Source: Mustelus asterias
Taxonomy: Eukaryota
Direction: 5' to 3'
Assembly (NCBI RefSeq): GCF_964213995.1
Contig: NC_135817.1
Span: 70,866,001 to 70,930,000, forward strand
DNA length: 64,000 nt
Positions 62,807-64,000 of the stretch are shown in pieces. How positions within the stretch are numbered: position 1 is the first letter of the stretch; each line of letters starts with the position of its first letter. A program made the position numbers and the translations under genes. A model generated the notes under the pieces. It worked only from the letters and a program-made list of their open reading frames with translations, made no database searches and had not been told where the DNA came from.

Positions 62807-63578
62807 ACAGTTTATTCAAAGACTGTAAAGTGCATTATTCAAAATGTTCAAACACTCCTCTACGCCATTTTGGAAATATCTATGGCTATCTTATATTGAC
62901 GGCTATCTGATATTCCAACAAATAGAAACTCCTGTGAGCACAAAATTGGTTGACATAGCGGTGTCGCCACAGCACGAGGCCTGTCATTGCTTACTGAGTG
63001 TGGACCACACAACACCGCCAATGGTACCCTAAGCACCATTGGTGCTGAAAAAGAGCACACACCATGTGGCAGAATGCTGCGAATGGACGCTACCCTGAAA
63101 TGAAACAGCCTAACCACCCGTCTGACGTCATTCTTTCTCTTCCTGTTTTGCTGCCACATCTGTAACACCAGACGACATGTCATGTGGTCCCATTTCCTCT
63201 TCAAGGTGAATCTGGAGGGCTTCCTACCCCACCCGGGGAAACATTGCCTCCCTCCTGGAGTCCACCTCAGTGACCAAAGCTCCCAGTGCAGAATCAATGC
63301 CGGTGGTGGAGGGGGGGGGTGGGGGGGGGAGCTCCTGCTTGGCTGCTGCAGTGTTGAAGACTGGTTTTCTCTCTGGTATGAGAACAGGTGGACAGCCTCC
63401 TTTTACTAAGCACTGAGTAGCAGTCTGCCCGGGTCATGTTATTGGCTAAGCAGCTCCAGGCAGATTGACTATCAGGGAATCGATGCTGGAGTCACACAGA
63501 CTGATATAAAATTTCACAGCTGAGGTGATAAACAAAAATTGCATCGTCCCAATGTTGATCTGCATGGCTGCAGACAGG

Positions 63579-63852
63579 GGTGGCACGACAGCACAATGGT
63601 TAGCACTGCTGCTTCACAGTGTCAGGGACCCGGGTTCAATTCCCAGCTTGGGTCACTGTCTGTGTGGAGTTTGCACATTCTCCCCGTTTCTGTGTGGGTT
63701 TCCTCCGGGGGCTCCGGTTTCCTCCCACATTCTGAAAGACGTGCTGGTTAGGTGCATTGACCTGCACAGGCACCGGACTGTGGCGACTAGAGGAATTTCG
63801 CATTAACTTCATTGCAGTGTTAATGTACATCTTACTTATGACTAACCAACTT
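63579..63852 (+). mobile_element. V-SINE, alternative tail
   Basis: Family head, core and tail. Confidence 0.88.
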
Positions 63853-64000
63853 TAAAATATTATACTTTATTAAGCTGTGTCACTGCTTTTAGTGATTTGT
63901 ATTCCGTACCCTCCTCTATCCGATTCAGGCTTCCATTTTTTAAGTAATATGTGACTCCTCATCATTAATACCAAGATAATCCACACTCACCCTGTTGAAT

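Overview
Repeat-dense vertebrate genomic DNA, almost certainly from a cartilaginous fish (shark): it carries many HE1-type V-SINEs plus CR1, Rex1/Babar, RTE, L2, Penelope-like, Gypsy/ERV and PIF/Harbinger elements. Most ORFs in the supplied track are repeat artefacts. One intact host gene can be assembled by hand on the + strand from five exons joined by phase-1 introns: leader 49711-49774, V 51315-51674, C1 52989-53294, TM 61632-61736 and cytoplasmic 62679-62806 (963 nt, 320 aa). It encodes a non-rearranging, antigen-receptor-like VJ-C1 type I membrane protein. Its V domain resembles CD28H/TMIGD2 and the CD28 family, its TM is uncharged, and its tail carries an ITIM (VIYSLL). Other items: a young, nearly full-length CR1 with intact ORF2; a decayed tRNA-Pro(AGG); a 2.3 kb C-rich minisatellite running into an RTE 3' end; a 98-bp-arm Penelope-like foldback with a hammerhead-like motif in the V-C1 intron; a degraded env/fusion-glycoprotein-like remnant and a Harbinger transposase fragment in the C1-TM intron; and a 303-N assembly gap. 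All family assignments come from motif recognition by eye, not database searches.
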